From positions 128,001 through 192,000 of the forward strand of contig CAWJQU010000003.1 of the NCBI GenBank assembly GCA_963845145.1: 64,000 nucleotides of DNA, given 5' to 3'. This document shows positions 1 through 10,329 of this stretch, one piece after another. A model generated the notes under the pieces. It saw only the letters and a list, made by a program, of their open reading frames with translations. It had not been told where the DNA came from and did no database searches. Origin of the DNA: an uncultured delta proteobacterium. Lineage in GTDB: Bacteria > Desulfobacterota > Desulfobacteria > Desulfobacterales > QNYZ01. Positions within the stretch are counted from its first letter, which is position 1, and every line of letters starts with the position of its first letter. Made by a program: the position numbers and the translations under genes.

Positions 1-978
1 GGTCTTCGTCCACATTGAACTTGTTCAAATGGCGACCGGTATGGCAAGGATCATGATAGGTAACCTTCCATGGTAGTTCTTTTTCAAATTTCAGCTTTCC
101 TGTCTTTCATCAATTGGTAGAGAAACTGCACCGTGTGGACGATCTCAATGCCGTCCATCATTTGGTCGTAATCCGAGGAGAGAATATAATCTTTTTTAAT
201 CGCCCGGAAACAACCGGCGCAAGAGGTTACAATGGTTTTTACGCCTTTTTCCGCGTGAAGTTTTTGGAATGTCTCCAGGTTGTTGGTGGCCACCCGTTTG
301 AATTCTTCAGCATCGCCAACCCGCATGGCCGTGGACCCACAGCAGACTTCATTTTCTCCTAAAATACCGAAGTCAAGCCCAAGTCTTCTGAAAGATACGT
401 GCCGTAGCCTGGGGAACGGAACGCGCCGTTTTATTGAATGCGCCGGTGCACCCACATAAAAAAATCTTCCGCCGGTTCTTTGTTTATATCCTTGATGGGT
501 GTTTTGGCCTTTTTAAAGGGCGGGTCCAGTCCATCCGTACCCGGCGGGGACCCTGGTAGGGATTGTTGTAGTTTTTCATGGACTTGACCAGGTTTTTTTG
601 CGCCGGCAATGGCCCGGCACCACTTTCCACCGCTTCACGGCGCAAGGCTTCGATAAGTTCCGGGATGTGCGGTTTGAAGTCCACTTGGCACTGGGTCTGA
701 CATCCGCCACAAACCGTGCACTTGTAGATTGCTTCCAGAAAATCAGGGTCTTCAAAGGTAAGGGTGCCATCAGAAACACCCCGAGCATAAGCAGCCTTGC
801 CTTTGGACGAATAATACCCCTCAAATCCAAATTCCGTTCCAGCCGGACAGATTGGTCCGCTGGCCGGCGGGGGGCCGAAGTCGTAGGCGGATCGGCAGGT
901 GCCGCAAGCCGTACAGCGCCAAAAATATTGTTCAAGATCTTTTAGCGAAGAGATTTTCCATTCCATATATTCCTCCAA
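1..978 (-). pseudogene. GlcF/HdrD-like Fe-S oxidoreductase (2x[4Fe-4S] + CCG domains), frameshifted and running off the window start
   Basis: ORF pieces 484-978 (CTACGTC, CTVCGGC) and 84-455 (EVCCG, TSCAGC) join via frame changes into YVGCTGAFNKTARSVPQATARIFQKLGLDFGILG and later KVTYHDPCHTGRHL; the indels may be sequencing errors. Confidence 0.8.
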
Positions 979-1082
979 TATTCAATTTGTTTTTTTCAGC
1001 TCTTACTAAAAAGCTGGCAAGGCAATGCGAGGAGGTGCTAACTGGCGGGCCTGCCGGCATAGTTGGGTCCTCCCGGTGTACT

Positions 1083-2537
1083 TCAAATTCCCAATTTTCC
1101 AGGATTCATAATATCATTGGGATCCAACATCTCCTTCACCCGTTTTAGCAACATCAGATAGCCGGGATGGGCACGTTTATTGATTTCGTTTCCAAAATCA
1201 ACCGGCGGCTTGTAGGGGATACCGCCATTGTCCAGATCAACCTTTAAACACTCCACAATCGCCTTGCGTGCATTTTCCGTCTCTTCCGGGCTTTGCTTGT
1301 TGAACGGAATCATGGCCCGCAGCATGCCGTAATGAACCCCTCGATACATACTCATTCGAACGGAAGGCGACAGGTTGTGCTCAATGAGCAATTTTTTCCA
1401 CGCCGTGTACACCGGCGCCCATTTGTTGGCCGGGGTAAAAGTGCCCGGCCATGAAATACCGGCACCGGCCATCTTGCAGTAGTTTTTCGTAGAGCCGACA
1501 ATCTGGCTGGGAAGCTGGGTCCGGGCGCGCAATGCCTCTTCGGGATATTGGGTCACCTTCAGAGAGCTCCCTTTCTTTTTCCTCGTCTGCCACCACCATT
1601 TGCCAAATCTCCTCTCGGGCCTCTTTTTCTTTTTCCGTAAAAGAGTTGGTGTTGGCAAAGCTGAACCATTCCGGCTGATCATCCGGCTTTTCACAGATAC
1701 GGATAGGGGATCGGCACCTGGGCCAGCCACCAGGAGACAGCCGTCAAGTCATCGCAGATTTCATAATTAGCTCAGATTGTGCATATAGGAATACATATCT
1801 TCGACATTGTCACAGGAGACCGTAAACACCTTAAGCACCGGTGGAATGGGATGAACGCCGATACCCAGTTTTGTCACGATACCGGTGCCCCCCAACCAAC
1901 CCTTAAACAACCCATCCAGCTTAGGTAACGGCAGGGTGCTGTGCCAGGCATCCTCGACAATGGCGCAGGAGCCAACGCGCACCAGCTCACCTGTTGGCAG
2001 CACCACCTCCATGCTGGTAATCTCCTGGCTGTTAAGCCCGTAGCGGGCATTCAGCCCACCGATGCCATGGTTAATGGCACAGGATGACACGGATGCGGAC
2101 GGTGGCCCCACCGGCCAGCCGAAGCGCAGCTTATGTTTGTGGAGGGCTTCCGCCAGTTGTCCATGGGAAACACCCGGTTCGATCACGGCATAATGGGATT
2201 CGGCATCGATTTTAATAATTTTGTTCATGCGTTTTAGATCAAGAAGGATACCACCGCGTTCCGGGATGCAAAGGCCACCGATGTTGGTGCCGGCAGTAAA
2301 AGGGATCACCGGTATTTTCTCCTGGTTGGCAAATCGCATGAGTTCCTGGATCTGTTCCACTGTCTCAGTTAGCACGACATAGTCCGGCAGCTTTGGCAGC
2401 ACGAACGACATGTCATAGGAATAGGCATACCGGACATGTTTTTCTGCCGTGGCGTTTTTCTCGCCGACAATACGCTTCAATTCTTTGACGACTCTATCTT
2501 GTTCTTTTGATTCTTTTGGCATCTCAGTCACGATCAA
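1083..2537 (-). pseudogene. FAD-binding oxidoreductase (GlcD/D-lactate dehydrogenase family), interrupted by three +1 frameshifts at about 1570-1770
   Basis: N-terminal FAD_binding_4-type motifs (PDYVV, AGTNIGG, VEPGV-like, GGTGIVTK) and C-terminal LDPNDIMNPGK; both halves are in the same frame. Confidence 0.85.
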
Positions 2538-2790
2538 CCCTCCTTCGAGATTGTATTTCTAAGAGAAGTATCCATCCTATCTACTTAATCGTTTTCGCCG
2601 GTTCCCAGCCTGTTTTTGTACGCACCACGGGAATGTGTTTTTATAGCCTACAGCGGTTTTCTGCGAGACACAGACAATTTATCAATTCAATCAAGAGTTA
2701 ACGGTATGTCTCTCTTGATGTTCAAGCCTAAGTGAACGATTGGAAGTACATTTGCACCAAGTTTGACCAAGTATGATTGGCCGTAAAGGG

Positions 2791-3510
2791 TCACCTTTCA
2801 AACGGTGCATCAGCATCGCAATAGGCCGCCATCATATCATCTACTTCCTGTATGTGCTGCAGCATGGCTTTTCGGGCACGTTCCGGGCTTCGATCACGCA
2901 GAGCGTCAACGATATGTTCATGCGCCTGGAGTACCCGAACTGAAAAGTTGTTATCCAGCTCAAGCTGCAGCTTGATGTTTACAATGGCGTTTTTTAATGA
3001 ATCGATAACGAAGCATACCAAACGGTTGCCGCTTATTTCGGCAACTCTATGATGAAAATATGTATCCAGCTCATAGAAAAAAGCATCTTTATTTAGCACT
3101 TTTCTTGTTTGGACAAGGTTTTGCTCGAGGTCGGCTAGGTCCACGGGTGTTATTTTTTGAGCGGCAATCTCGGCAGCTGCCGGTTCAATAAAGGACCTAA
3201 GTTCTGTAAATTCATGAATGGAGGGATTCTGAAAGAAAATATAATTGAACATGTTATTTCGCGCTGTTCTCAGGTCGACCTCACTCACGAAGGCGCCACC
3301 TGTCATACCCTGGCGGATTTCAAGCAATCCCATGGCTTCTAATGCGCGAAAGGCCTCTCTTAAGGATGATTTGCTGACTTCAAACTTTTTGGACAGCTCT
3401 TTTTCAGAAGGTAAACGGTCGCCAGCTTTCAGCTCGCCGCATAAGATGGCCTCGCGGATTTGATCGATGATATTGGTCGATAATCGTTTGGACTTTGCGG
3501 TTTTGAACAT
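2791..3510 (-). CDS. FadR/GntR-family transcriptional regulator (FCD domain)
   Basis: GDRLPSEKELSKKFEVSKSSLREA HTH, FHHRVAEISGN, HEHIVDAL; start MFKTAK. Confidence 0.92.
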   Translation of the reverse strand: MFKTAKSKRLSTNIIDQIREAILCGELKAGDRLPSEKELSKKFEVSKSSLREAFRALEAMGLLEIRQGMTGGAFVSEVDLRTARNNMFNYIFFQNPSIHEFTELRSFIEPAAAEIAAQKITPVDLADLEQNLVQTRKVLNKDAFFYELDTYFHHRVAEISGNRLVCFVIDSLKNAIVNIKLQLELDNNFSVRVLQAHEHIVDALRDRSPERARKAMLQHIQEVDDMMAAYCDADAPFER

Positions 3511-3609
3511 GAGAACCTGTATGAATATAAATGGTGTTTTTATAGCAACGCAGGCTTTGTACACCCTTCATTGCCATACGCGTTTACAACTGTCAATAAA
3601 ATTTTTAAA

Positions 3610-3634
3610 TATTAAAACATCAGATGTTTTAATA
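3610..3634. promoter_or_regulatory. Perfect 25-bp palindrome, probable FadR/GntR operator
   Basis: TATTAAAACATC-A-GATGTTTTAATA between divergent genes. Confidence 0.7.
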
Positions 3635-3642
3635 CTTTATTA

Positions 3643-3671
3643 TTGACAATTTTTTTCCCCTTGATTATAGC
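3643..3671 (+). promoter_or_regulatory. sigma70-type promoter for the ferredoxin/AOR-like genes
   Basis: TTGACA-17 bp-TATAGC. Confidence 0.55.
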
Positions 3672-3813
3672 CGTCCTTATTAGTAATGCGGGTGGTTCCA
3701 CAACTACCCACGGACATACCTAACCTCTAAAAACAATCGCGCCTGTTTAAAAGTGACTCTTTTTACTTACATAGACTGATGCGGCAATCAGCAAATCAAC
3801 TTAGGGGATACAC

Positions 3814-4176
3814 ATGGGAATCATAATCGATGCGCAAAAATGCACGGGTTGTATGGCATGTGAGATGGCATGCGGTTACCATCGGGATGACGGATTTGCA
3901 CTCCTTTCCTCCTGCATTTTGGCCTACCGGACAAAAGAAAAAAAAGATTATTTCGGAGTGATTCTGAAACTTGAGGAAGAGTTGTTAGTCGCCCGGCCCG
4001 AAGGGACTGAAATCAAACGGATCGGTGAAACCGAAGAGGCTTCCGATTCGGCCAAGCCGGCGGATGCCTCGGCCAAGCCGATGTTGTTGCGGGAAGCATG
4101 CGATCTTTGTGAGGAGATGGATCTGGGACCCATGTGCGTTAAATTTTGTCCGGTTGGGGCCATTATTGAAGGCTGA
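3814..4176 (+). CDS. 4Fe-4S ferredoxin-type protein (AOR partner-like)
   Basis: CTGCMACEMAC and CDLC...CVKFCP motifs; RBS AGGGG. Confidence 0.85.
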   Translation: MGIIIDAQKCTGCMACEMACGYHRDDGFALLSSCILAYRTKEKKDYFGVILKLEEELLVARPEGTEIKRIGETEEASDSAKPADASAKPMLLREACDLCEEMDLGPMCVKFCPVGAIIEG

Positions 4177-4235
4177 AAATAACCAACAATCCATCATCCC
4201 AATGCTATAGGCCTGATTTAAAAGCTTGCACAACC

Positions 4236-4336
4236 TTGCTCGGCTTTTGACTCGTTTTCGGCGTTACCCCAAAGGTTATATCCTAAAAGGATGAGCCCCT
4301 TGAGGCGTTTTGAATACGGGCCGAAATCCGATGCAA
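4236..4336. repeat. Long imperfect inverted repeat (MITE/REP-like)
   Basis: TTGCTCGGCTTTTGACTCGTTTTC pairs with GAATACGGGCCGAAATCCGATGCAA; inner hairpin ATCCT-AAA-AGGAT. Confidence 0.55.
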
Positions 4337-4398
4337 CCTCGCACTACTTATTTACGCGCTAACCCTTGGCCCCAATGGGTCAAAAAAGGAGAAAAAAT

Positions 4399-5715
4399 AT
4401 GGAATACTTATCTGCCGGTAAAATTCTGGTCGTGGACCTGGGCAATTCAGAAGTAACGGAAGATGAGCTCTCTGACGAGCTGGTTGCAGAGAAAATAGGC
4501 GGCGCTGCCATCACCAGGCATCTCTATGATCAGCATATAGATGGGGACCCTGTTGTAATCGGTACCGGGTTGTTGACCGGAACCCTCTTTCCTGCATCTT
4601 CGACCAGTGTTATCACTGCCAAAAGCCCCGTGACCGGTCTTGTATGCCATTGCCCCGTTACCTTGAAGGTTGGCCTGGAGATCCAGTATGCCGGGTTTGA
4701 CTACATCGTCATTAAAGGAAATTCGCCCACGCCGGCATTCTTATGGATTCACGACGGAGTGGCAGATGTCAGCGATGCTTCGGATGTATGGGGCAAGGAT
4801 GTATGGGAGACCACTGCCGTATGGCGTCAGACCATGGGAGATGATTTAATTCAGACCTTGGTTATCGGTCCGGCCGGAGAGCAGGGGTCTGATTTGGCAC
4901 AGATTTGCAGCAATTATTGGGCTAGCGGTGACCGCTGGGGTTTTGGCAAATGTTTAGGAATAAAGAACCTTAAAGGGCTCGCGTTTCGCGGAATGGGGTT
5001 ACTGGAGATTGCGGATGCCGAAGAATTCATCGAACTCTCATTAGATGTATTGGAGGAATTAAAAGAGAGCGCTTTTGTAGGGCACCGGGGGATTGGAGAT
5101 TTGGGAGAAGCTCTGGGGGAAACCGGCCTCAAAGAGTGGCTGGCTCCAGTGGTCCATCGCCATAGCGCCTGCTATAACACACCTTATCCCACCAACACCT
5201 TTGCCTTTCTTGATGAAGACCCCCAAAAGATGGAAGAGCCCGAGAACGAAGAGCCGGGTTTCCTGATCACAGACCTGTTTGGTCTTATCGGGTTTAAAAA
5301 GGCCGGCTTTGGCGTTAAAGACGCCTGTGAGCTGCTTAAAGCCTGTGCGCGATACGGCATTGATGCGGTTGGGGTTGCCGAACAAAGCCTCGCTGCGGGG
5401 AAGACATCCGTTGCGGAAATCACGAGTTCACTATCAGATTTCACGGGGGATGTGACCCGACCGGGAAAGGGTATTTTTAGTCCGTGGTGCCCCACGCAGC
5501 CGCTATTCGGAGAATTTGAAGACGCGGGAGCCGATGTGGCGGCCTGGTGGGAACGGCGCATGGCCGTTGCCTATATATTTGGTATCCATCCGATCTTTGC
5601 GGTAATGAGTCCGGAGATCGTTGAAGATGATCTGGTGGAAATCGCTCGTATCGGGACTGAATTGGAGATCAGTCAAGAAACCCTGGACAAAGCTGTCGCC
5701 GGCCTGATGATTTAG
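4399..5715 (+). CDS. Aldehyde:ferredoxin oxidoreductase-family protein, short and degenerate
   Basis: AOR N-domain motifs GKILVVDL, AKSPVTG, AGFDYIVIKG, IGPAGE, KNLKG; RBS AGGAG before ATG 4399. Confidence 0.8.
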   Translation: MEYLSAGKILVVDLGNSEVTEDELSDELVAEKIGGAAITRHLYDQHIDGDPVVIGTGLLTGTLFPASSTSVITAKSPVTGLVCHCPVTLKVGLEIQYAGFDYIVIKGNSPTPAFLWIHDGVADVSDASDVWGKDVWETTAVWRQTMGDDLIQTLVIGPAGEQGSDLAQICSNYWASGDRWGFGKCLGIKNLKGLAFRGMGLLEIADAEEFIELSLDVLEELKESAFVGHRGIGDLGEALGETGLKEWLAPVVHRHSACYNTPYPTNTFAFLDEDPQKMEEPENEEPGFLITDLFGLIGFKKAGFGVKDACELLKACARYGIDAVGVAEQSLAAGKTSVAEITSSLSDFTGDVTRPGKGIFSPWCPTQPLFGEFEDAGADVAAWWERRMAVAYIFGIHPIFAVMSPEIVEDDLVEIARIGTELEISQETLDKAVAGLMI

Positions 5716-5751
5716 AGCCTTTGCGATGGCATTCCGAGGTGTTAATCTGTA

Positions 5752-7122
5752 ATGACATATGCAACCACTGAAGATCATTATGCGGTAAACAATGCCCGGT
5801 TGACCCGTGGAGAGAAGCTGTTTTTGTCCGACAATTTTGGCACGCGGATCTCTGATAAGACACACTCTGGCTGCCGGCCGCTCAAATATCCGCATATCGG
5901 CGTATATGCCGGTGACGGCACCTCACATTCCTGGTTGTGGTTTATCGATATTTTTGACCGCATGGGCTTTCATTCGATATCGATATTAGATGAATCCGAT
6001 GTGTTGGCCGGGCGTCTCAACGAAGTGGACGTACTGGCGGTTTCCGGCGGTGACACCATAGCCATCGCCAAGGCTTTGGGGCCGGACGGTGCACAGAAGC
6101 TGGCGAGGTTCATTGCGGGCGGCGGGGTGTACCTTGGATCCTGTGCCGGGGCTTATCTCGTCATGAATTCTTCCAAACCCCACTTATGCCATTTTAACTT
6201 TGCCGCTGTAAAAATTACCAATCTCAGCAAGCACTTGCCGTCATGCCACGGTATGTTGCATAAATTTTCCCAGGCCTACGGATGTGGTTATATTTTTCAC
6301 CCGGTACGTGAAGCGGTGGGTTTACAGCTGTCCGGTGAGCTGCCGTTTAGGGGAGAGTCATCGCTTAGGGCACCACTATACGGTGGTCCGGGAATGCACA
6401 TTTCCAAAGGGAAAGGGGCCCAAGTGCTGGCCACCTACGAACGTTTTACGGATAAGACCCAGTATTTGGTGGACAAGGCACTGGCCCATGATACCCTGAT
6501 CAACACAGCTGCGGCGGTTCGGGCAAAAATGGGCAAGGGGTGCATGTATCTTTTCGGTCCGCATTTCGAACACCCGCATTACCCCCAAGCCAACCGCCTG
6601 GTGGCGGATGCCGTCTATTGGGACCTGGGGCGAAAGCCGGCGGTCGACCCGCCGCTGTCATTAGATGCAAAACCACTGTCCACAGCCGATAGTGCGGCGC
6701 TGATTCTTACCTTGCGGCGGGAATTGAGCAATTCAAGAATAGTAGCCACCGGTCTGGAAATGATGTCGGTGAGGTGGCGGATTGGGGCTAAAATATACGA
6801 ACCTGAGAAGATTAGGGTTTTTCTTGAATCCATGTGGCGCCGCCTGAAACCGCTGGAGAAAAGTGGTCGGATGTTCATCGAAGCTGGAACACAGAAGGCG
6901 TTGATTGCCGATGCCCGTGAAACCACGGCCTTGCTTCGCCGACTTAAGGCTGAAATTGATAAAAACAACGACACCGGAGATATTGCCCGCAGGCTATTTC
7001 ACTTGCTGCACCGGTATTCAATGGTGTTTTTAGAACTTTATTTTCGCGCGGTATCGATAAAACAGCAGGATAGAAGTAAAGAACCGGAAGTGGGGAGTCC
7101 TAAGGATTTTAAATGGATTTAA
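5752..7122 (+). CDS. BPL_N (class I glutamine-amidotransferase-like) domain protein with a C-terminal helical extension
   Basis: IGVYAGDG, VSGG, GGVYLGSCAGAY, GPHFEH. Confidence 0.75.
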   Translation: MTYATTEDHYAVNNARLTRGEKLFLSDNFGTRISDKTHSGCRPLKYPHIGVYAGDGTSHSWLWFIDIFDRMGFHSISILDESDVLAGRLNEVDVLAVSGGDTIAIAKALGPDGAQKLARFIAGGGVYLGSCAGAYLVMNSSKPHLCHFNFAAVKITNLSKHLPSCHGMLHKFSQAYGCGYIFHPVREAVGLQLSGELPFRGESSLRAPLYGGPGMHISKGKGAQVLATYERFTDKTQYLVDKALAHDTLINTAAAVRAKMGKGCMYLFGPHFEHPHYPQANRLVADAVYWDLGRKPAVDPPLSLDAKPLSTADSAALILTLRRELSNSRIVATGLEMMSVRWRIGAKIYEPEKIRVFLESMWRRLKPLEKSGRMFIEAGTQKALIADARETTALLRRLKAEIDKNNDTGDIARRLFHLLHRYSMVFLELYFRAVSIKQQDRSKEPEVGSPKDFKWI

Positions 7123-7253
7123 CATTTCGAAAATCACCGGTGCTTTTACATGTCGTTGTGACGCAGAGAGGTCATGGTTGTTAGCCAGAAAGAGTGAGCA
7201 GATCACATCTTGCGGTTTCTGATCACTAATTATCGCTCACTTAGGAGAAAAGA

Positions 7254-8153
7254 TTGAATCATCAAGATGCCCGAAGTGGGTCACGCAACATTTGCTGCCT
7301 ATACACTGTCTTGTTGTTTGCAGCCGGTTTAGTGCTGTTTAGCGGAAGTTATGCTAAAGCAAATGCCCTGCGCGTATCCGCCTCAACGGGCGAATCAACA
7401 TGGTTTGTCGACATGAATCGGTTTGCCCGATCAGCCCATGCCGCCTTCAGGTGCGACGAATGTCATGGAACAATGATGGAAGCAGGCCGTCAACATCCAG
7501 ATGAAATGCGTCCGGATTTTTTAACGCGATCGGCTACCCGGGCCTATCATTATAGTCGATGCCGAAAATGCCATGAACTCACGTTTATGCGCTACGAGGC
7601 AGGAGGGCATGCCAAGGCCCGGCTGGAAGAGAAAGCCAAGTCGAAGGCGACAAAGGTTGAAACAGAAGAAAAACGGACGGCACCGACCTGCGGCAACTGC
7701 CATGTCTCCCACTATGCCAGGTCCGGCCTGTCCAGGATCGATGTGGGCCGGCGCATGATCGATGTCTGCGGGGGCTGCCACGAGGCGCATACCAACAGTT
7801 ACCTCGATAATATTCATGGCCGACTTGGCGTAGATTTAGAAAATGCCAAAGCCGCTTACTGCACCGACTGCCATGGCGCACATACCGTGGATTCGCTTGA
7901 AAAAGAACAAACCGCACTGACAGCCTGCCGACGATGCCATCGCAAGGCAGAAGAAGAATTTTCCAACATCGTGATTCATGCATCAATGGAGAGCATTTCA
8001 GCCGCGGAATCACCGAAAAGAAAGTCGGTTTTGTGGATTCAACGTGTCCGCTGGATCACTGTAGCCATAGTGGCACTCTCTTTAGCTTTTTTTGTTGTAC
8101 ACAGCTTCTTGTGGCTGCTGCGCGAAATTCATGAAAAATTGAGGAAACACTAG
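7254..8153 (+). CDS. Membrane-anchored hexaheme cytochrome c
   Basis: 6 CxxCH motifs (CDECH, CRKCH, CGNCH, CGGCH, CTDCH, CRRCH), N-terminal signal and C-terminal TM helix. Confidence 0.9.
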   Translation: MNHQDARSGSRNICCLYTVLLFAAGLVLFSGSYAKANALRVSASTGESTWFVDMNRFARSAHAAFRCDECHGTMMEAGRQHPDEMRPDFLTRSATRAYHYSRCRKCHELTFMRYEAGGHAKARLEEKAKSKATKVETEEKRTAPTCGNCHVSHYARSGLSRIDVGRRMIDVCGGCHEAHTNSYLDNIHGRLGVDLENAKAAYCTDCHGAHTVDSLEKEQTALTACRRCHRKAEEEFSNIVIHASMESISAAESPKRKSVLWIQRVRWITVAIVALSLAFFVVHSFLWLLREIHEKLRKH

Positions 8154-8154
8154 C

Positions 8155-8826
8155 ATGCAGGAGACACCCATTCAGCCGGACGTCCCCTTTCGTTTTTCGG
8201 TGCTTCATCGTATCTTACACCTTGTGGTGATGATCGGATTTACCGGTTTAGCCCTTACCGGGCTCTCCCTGGGATTTAGTTCCACGGCGCCGGCGCGTGC
8301 GTTTATGTGGTTTGTCGGCGGCGCCGGCCACGCGGCCTGGATACACCGGTTATGTGCAGCTATCACTTATGGCTGCGTGATTGTGCACGTGGTTTGGTTT
8401 TTGTATTTCAAGTTCGGGCTGGACGGCCGATGGACAGGCCCTGATTCGATTATTCCCAGGGGAAAGGATGTCAAGGACTTCAGGCATGATCTGGCCTATT
8501 TTATGGGTCGGCAAAAATCACCACCCACATTCGATAAATTCTCCTATATGGAAAAGATCGAGTACTGGGCGCTGTTTATCGGCATGAATACCATGGGCAT
8601 CACCGGCCTGATACTCTGGTTTCCCGAGTATTTTACGCGCTTTCTGCCGGGTTTTTTTGTCAACATTGCGCAACTGGTCCATTTTTTTGAGGCCATTTTG
8701 GCGGTGGTCGTCAAATTTTTCATCCATATTGGAATGACCCATTTTCGCCCGGCCGTTTATCCGGTCGATACGAGCATATTTACAGGCAGATCCCGGCATG
8801 AACTGAAGATTAGAGAGGAATTGTAG
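8155..8826 (+). CDS. Cytochrome b (FdnI/HydC-type) membrane subunit
   Basis: RFSVLHRILH, WIHR, KFSYMEKIEYW, VHFFEA...FIHI; about 4 TM helices. Confidence 0.85.
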   Translation: MQETPIQPDVPFRFSVLHRILHLVVMIGFTGLALTGLSLGFSSTAPARAFMWFVGGAGHAAWIHRLCAAITYGCVIVHVVWFLYFKFGLDGRWTGPDSIIPRGKDVKDFRHDLAYFMGRQKSPPTFDKFSYMEKIEYWALFIGMNTMGITGLILWFPEYFTRFLPGFFVNIAQLVHFFEAILAVVVKFFIHIGMTHFRPAVYPVDTSIFTGRSRHELKIREEL

Positions 8827-8828
8827 TT

Positions 8829-10289
8829 TTGATAACCGCAAAAGGTTGGATAGCCTTGGGAATTGCCGGCGGCCTTTTCATACTGATGGGCCTGGTGGGC
8901 GTGCCATTGGGGACAGCCGACGATATGGCCGCCAATACGGAAAAACCGGTGTGCCTGGATTGCCATCGCAAGCCCAATGTCAATACCAATGAAGGTGTGG
9001 CCACGGCCAATGCCTTCTGTAACCGATGCCACAGTAAAGCCGATTGCCGTCGAACAGTGGATGGAAAGTTGGTATCGCTTCAGGTATCGCCAACAACATC
9101 AAAAAATACACCGCATCACTATTCAGCCTGTATTCATTGTCATACGGATGTTGCCCGGTCTCCCCATCAGAGCGATACCGGGGCTCAGTGTCGATCATGC
9201 CATTCGGCGCATGGCGAGGGCACGGCCCACGCGCCACATTTCCGGGTGGAATGCCAATCCTGCCATTTTAAATCAGATTTTGTTCGACTGGATCCAGCGG
9301 ATAGCCGTATCAAACTGGCGCGGAGCAATGTCGAAGGGGAGCCTATCAGTATCGTCGATCACGGGTTGGCCGATTTAACAGACGAAAAGCTTTGCCGGCG
9401 TTGCCATCACTCCGGCAATACCGTCGGCGCCTCCGCGACAGTGCTGCCTGCCAAAAGCGCCCTGTGCATCGTCTGCCATCCGGCACCCGCCTCAGTGGGG
9501 CATGCCATATTTTGGGTGGCCCTGGTTATCCTGTTATCAGGGATACTTTTAATGCTGCGATTTTGGTTTATCGGCAGCGTTCAGGGAGAAGATAAATCCC
9601 TCCACCGAAAGATAGGGTTGAGCTCCGATGCCATCTGGCAAACGATATTTTCACGGCAGATCTTTACTATAATGAAGGTGCTGCTTCTTGATATACTGCT
9701 CCAGCGACGAATTTTGAGGGAGAGCGTCCAGCGATGGTCACTTCACTCACTGATTTTTTTGTCCATGCTGGCCCGCTTCGCGTTGAGTCTGTTCACGGGT
9801 CTCTTGTTCAGCATCGATCCGAACGGGGACCTGGCACTGGCCCTGATGAACAAAAATCATCCGGTTACCGCGTTTGTTTACGATCTTCTTGGCCTGTTTA
9901 TTCTATTAGGTGTCCTCTGGGCGACAATTCAACGATATTATGTAAAGCCCGCCCATGTGACATCTGAAATCGAAGACAATATTACCCTGTTGATTATGGG
10001 TGCATTGGTCTTCCTGGGGTTTGTGACCTCCGCAGCAAGGCTGCTCTTGACCCAGGTGCCAATCGAATTGGCAATGTATTCGTTTGTGGGGTTTTCTATC
10101 TCCAGCGTAATGGCATGGTTGCCCATCAACTGGTCGTCGGTTTACCCGATTCTGTGGTATGCCCATGCTGTTGTGGGGGCCGTATTGATCGCCTATCTTC
10201 CCTTTGGCAAATTCAAGCATGTGTTCAATGTGCCCCTGACCTATTTTCTGGAAGAAGTGTCGGGGATCAAGAAAGTAAAACGGGTGTAA
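8829..10289 (+). CDS. Heptaheme cytochrome c fused to a NarI/HdrE/DsrM-like membrane domain
   Basis: 7 CxxCH motifs, then RWSLHSLIF ... WYAH ... YLPFGKFKHVF. Confidence 0.85.
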   Translation: MITAKGWIALGIAGGLFILMGLVGVPLGTADDMAANTEKPVCLDCHRKPNVNTNEGVATANAFCNRCHSKADCRRTVDGKLVSLQVSPTTSKNTPHHYSACIHCHTDVARSPHQSDTGAQCRSCHSAHGEGTAHAPHFRVECQSCHFKSDFVRLDPADSRIKLARSNVEGEPISIVDHGLADLTDEKLCRRCHHSGNTVGASATVLPAKSALCIVCHPAPASVGHAIFWVALVILLSGILLMLRFWFIGSVQGEDKSLHRKIGLSSDAIWQTIFSRQIFTIMKVLLLDILLQRRILRESVQRWSLHSLIFLSMLARFALSLFTGLLFSIDPNGDLALALMNKNHPVTAFVYDLLGLFILLGVLWATIQRYYVKPAHVTSEIEDNITLLIMGALVFLGFVTSAARLLLTQVPIELAMYSFVGFSISSVMAWLPINWSSVYPILWYAHAVVGAVLIAYLPFGKFKHVFNVPLTYFLEEVSGIKKVKRV

Positions 10290-10329
10290 ACCCGAGAACC
10301 TTCCTGCTTGCAGGGACTAGGTTGTTATT

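Noticed and set aside
84..1770. In-frame TGA codons in the redox genes as possible selenocysteine
   Set aside because: The stops are explained by frameshifts; conserved motifs continue in other frames rather than through the TGA
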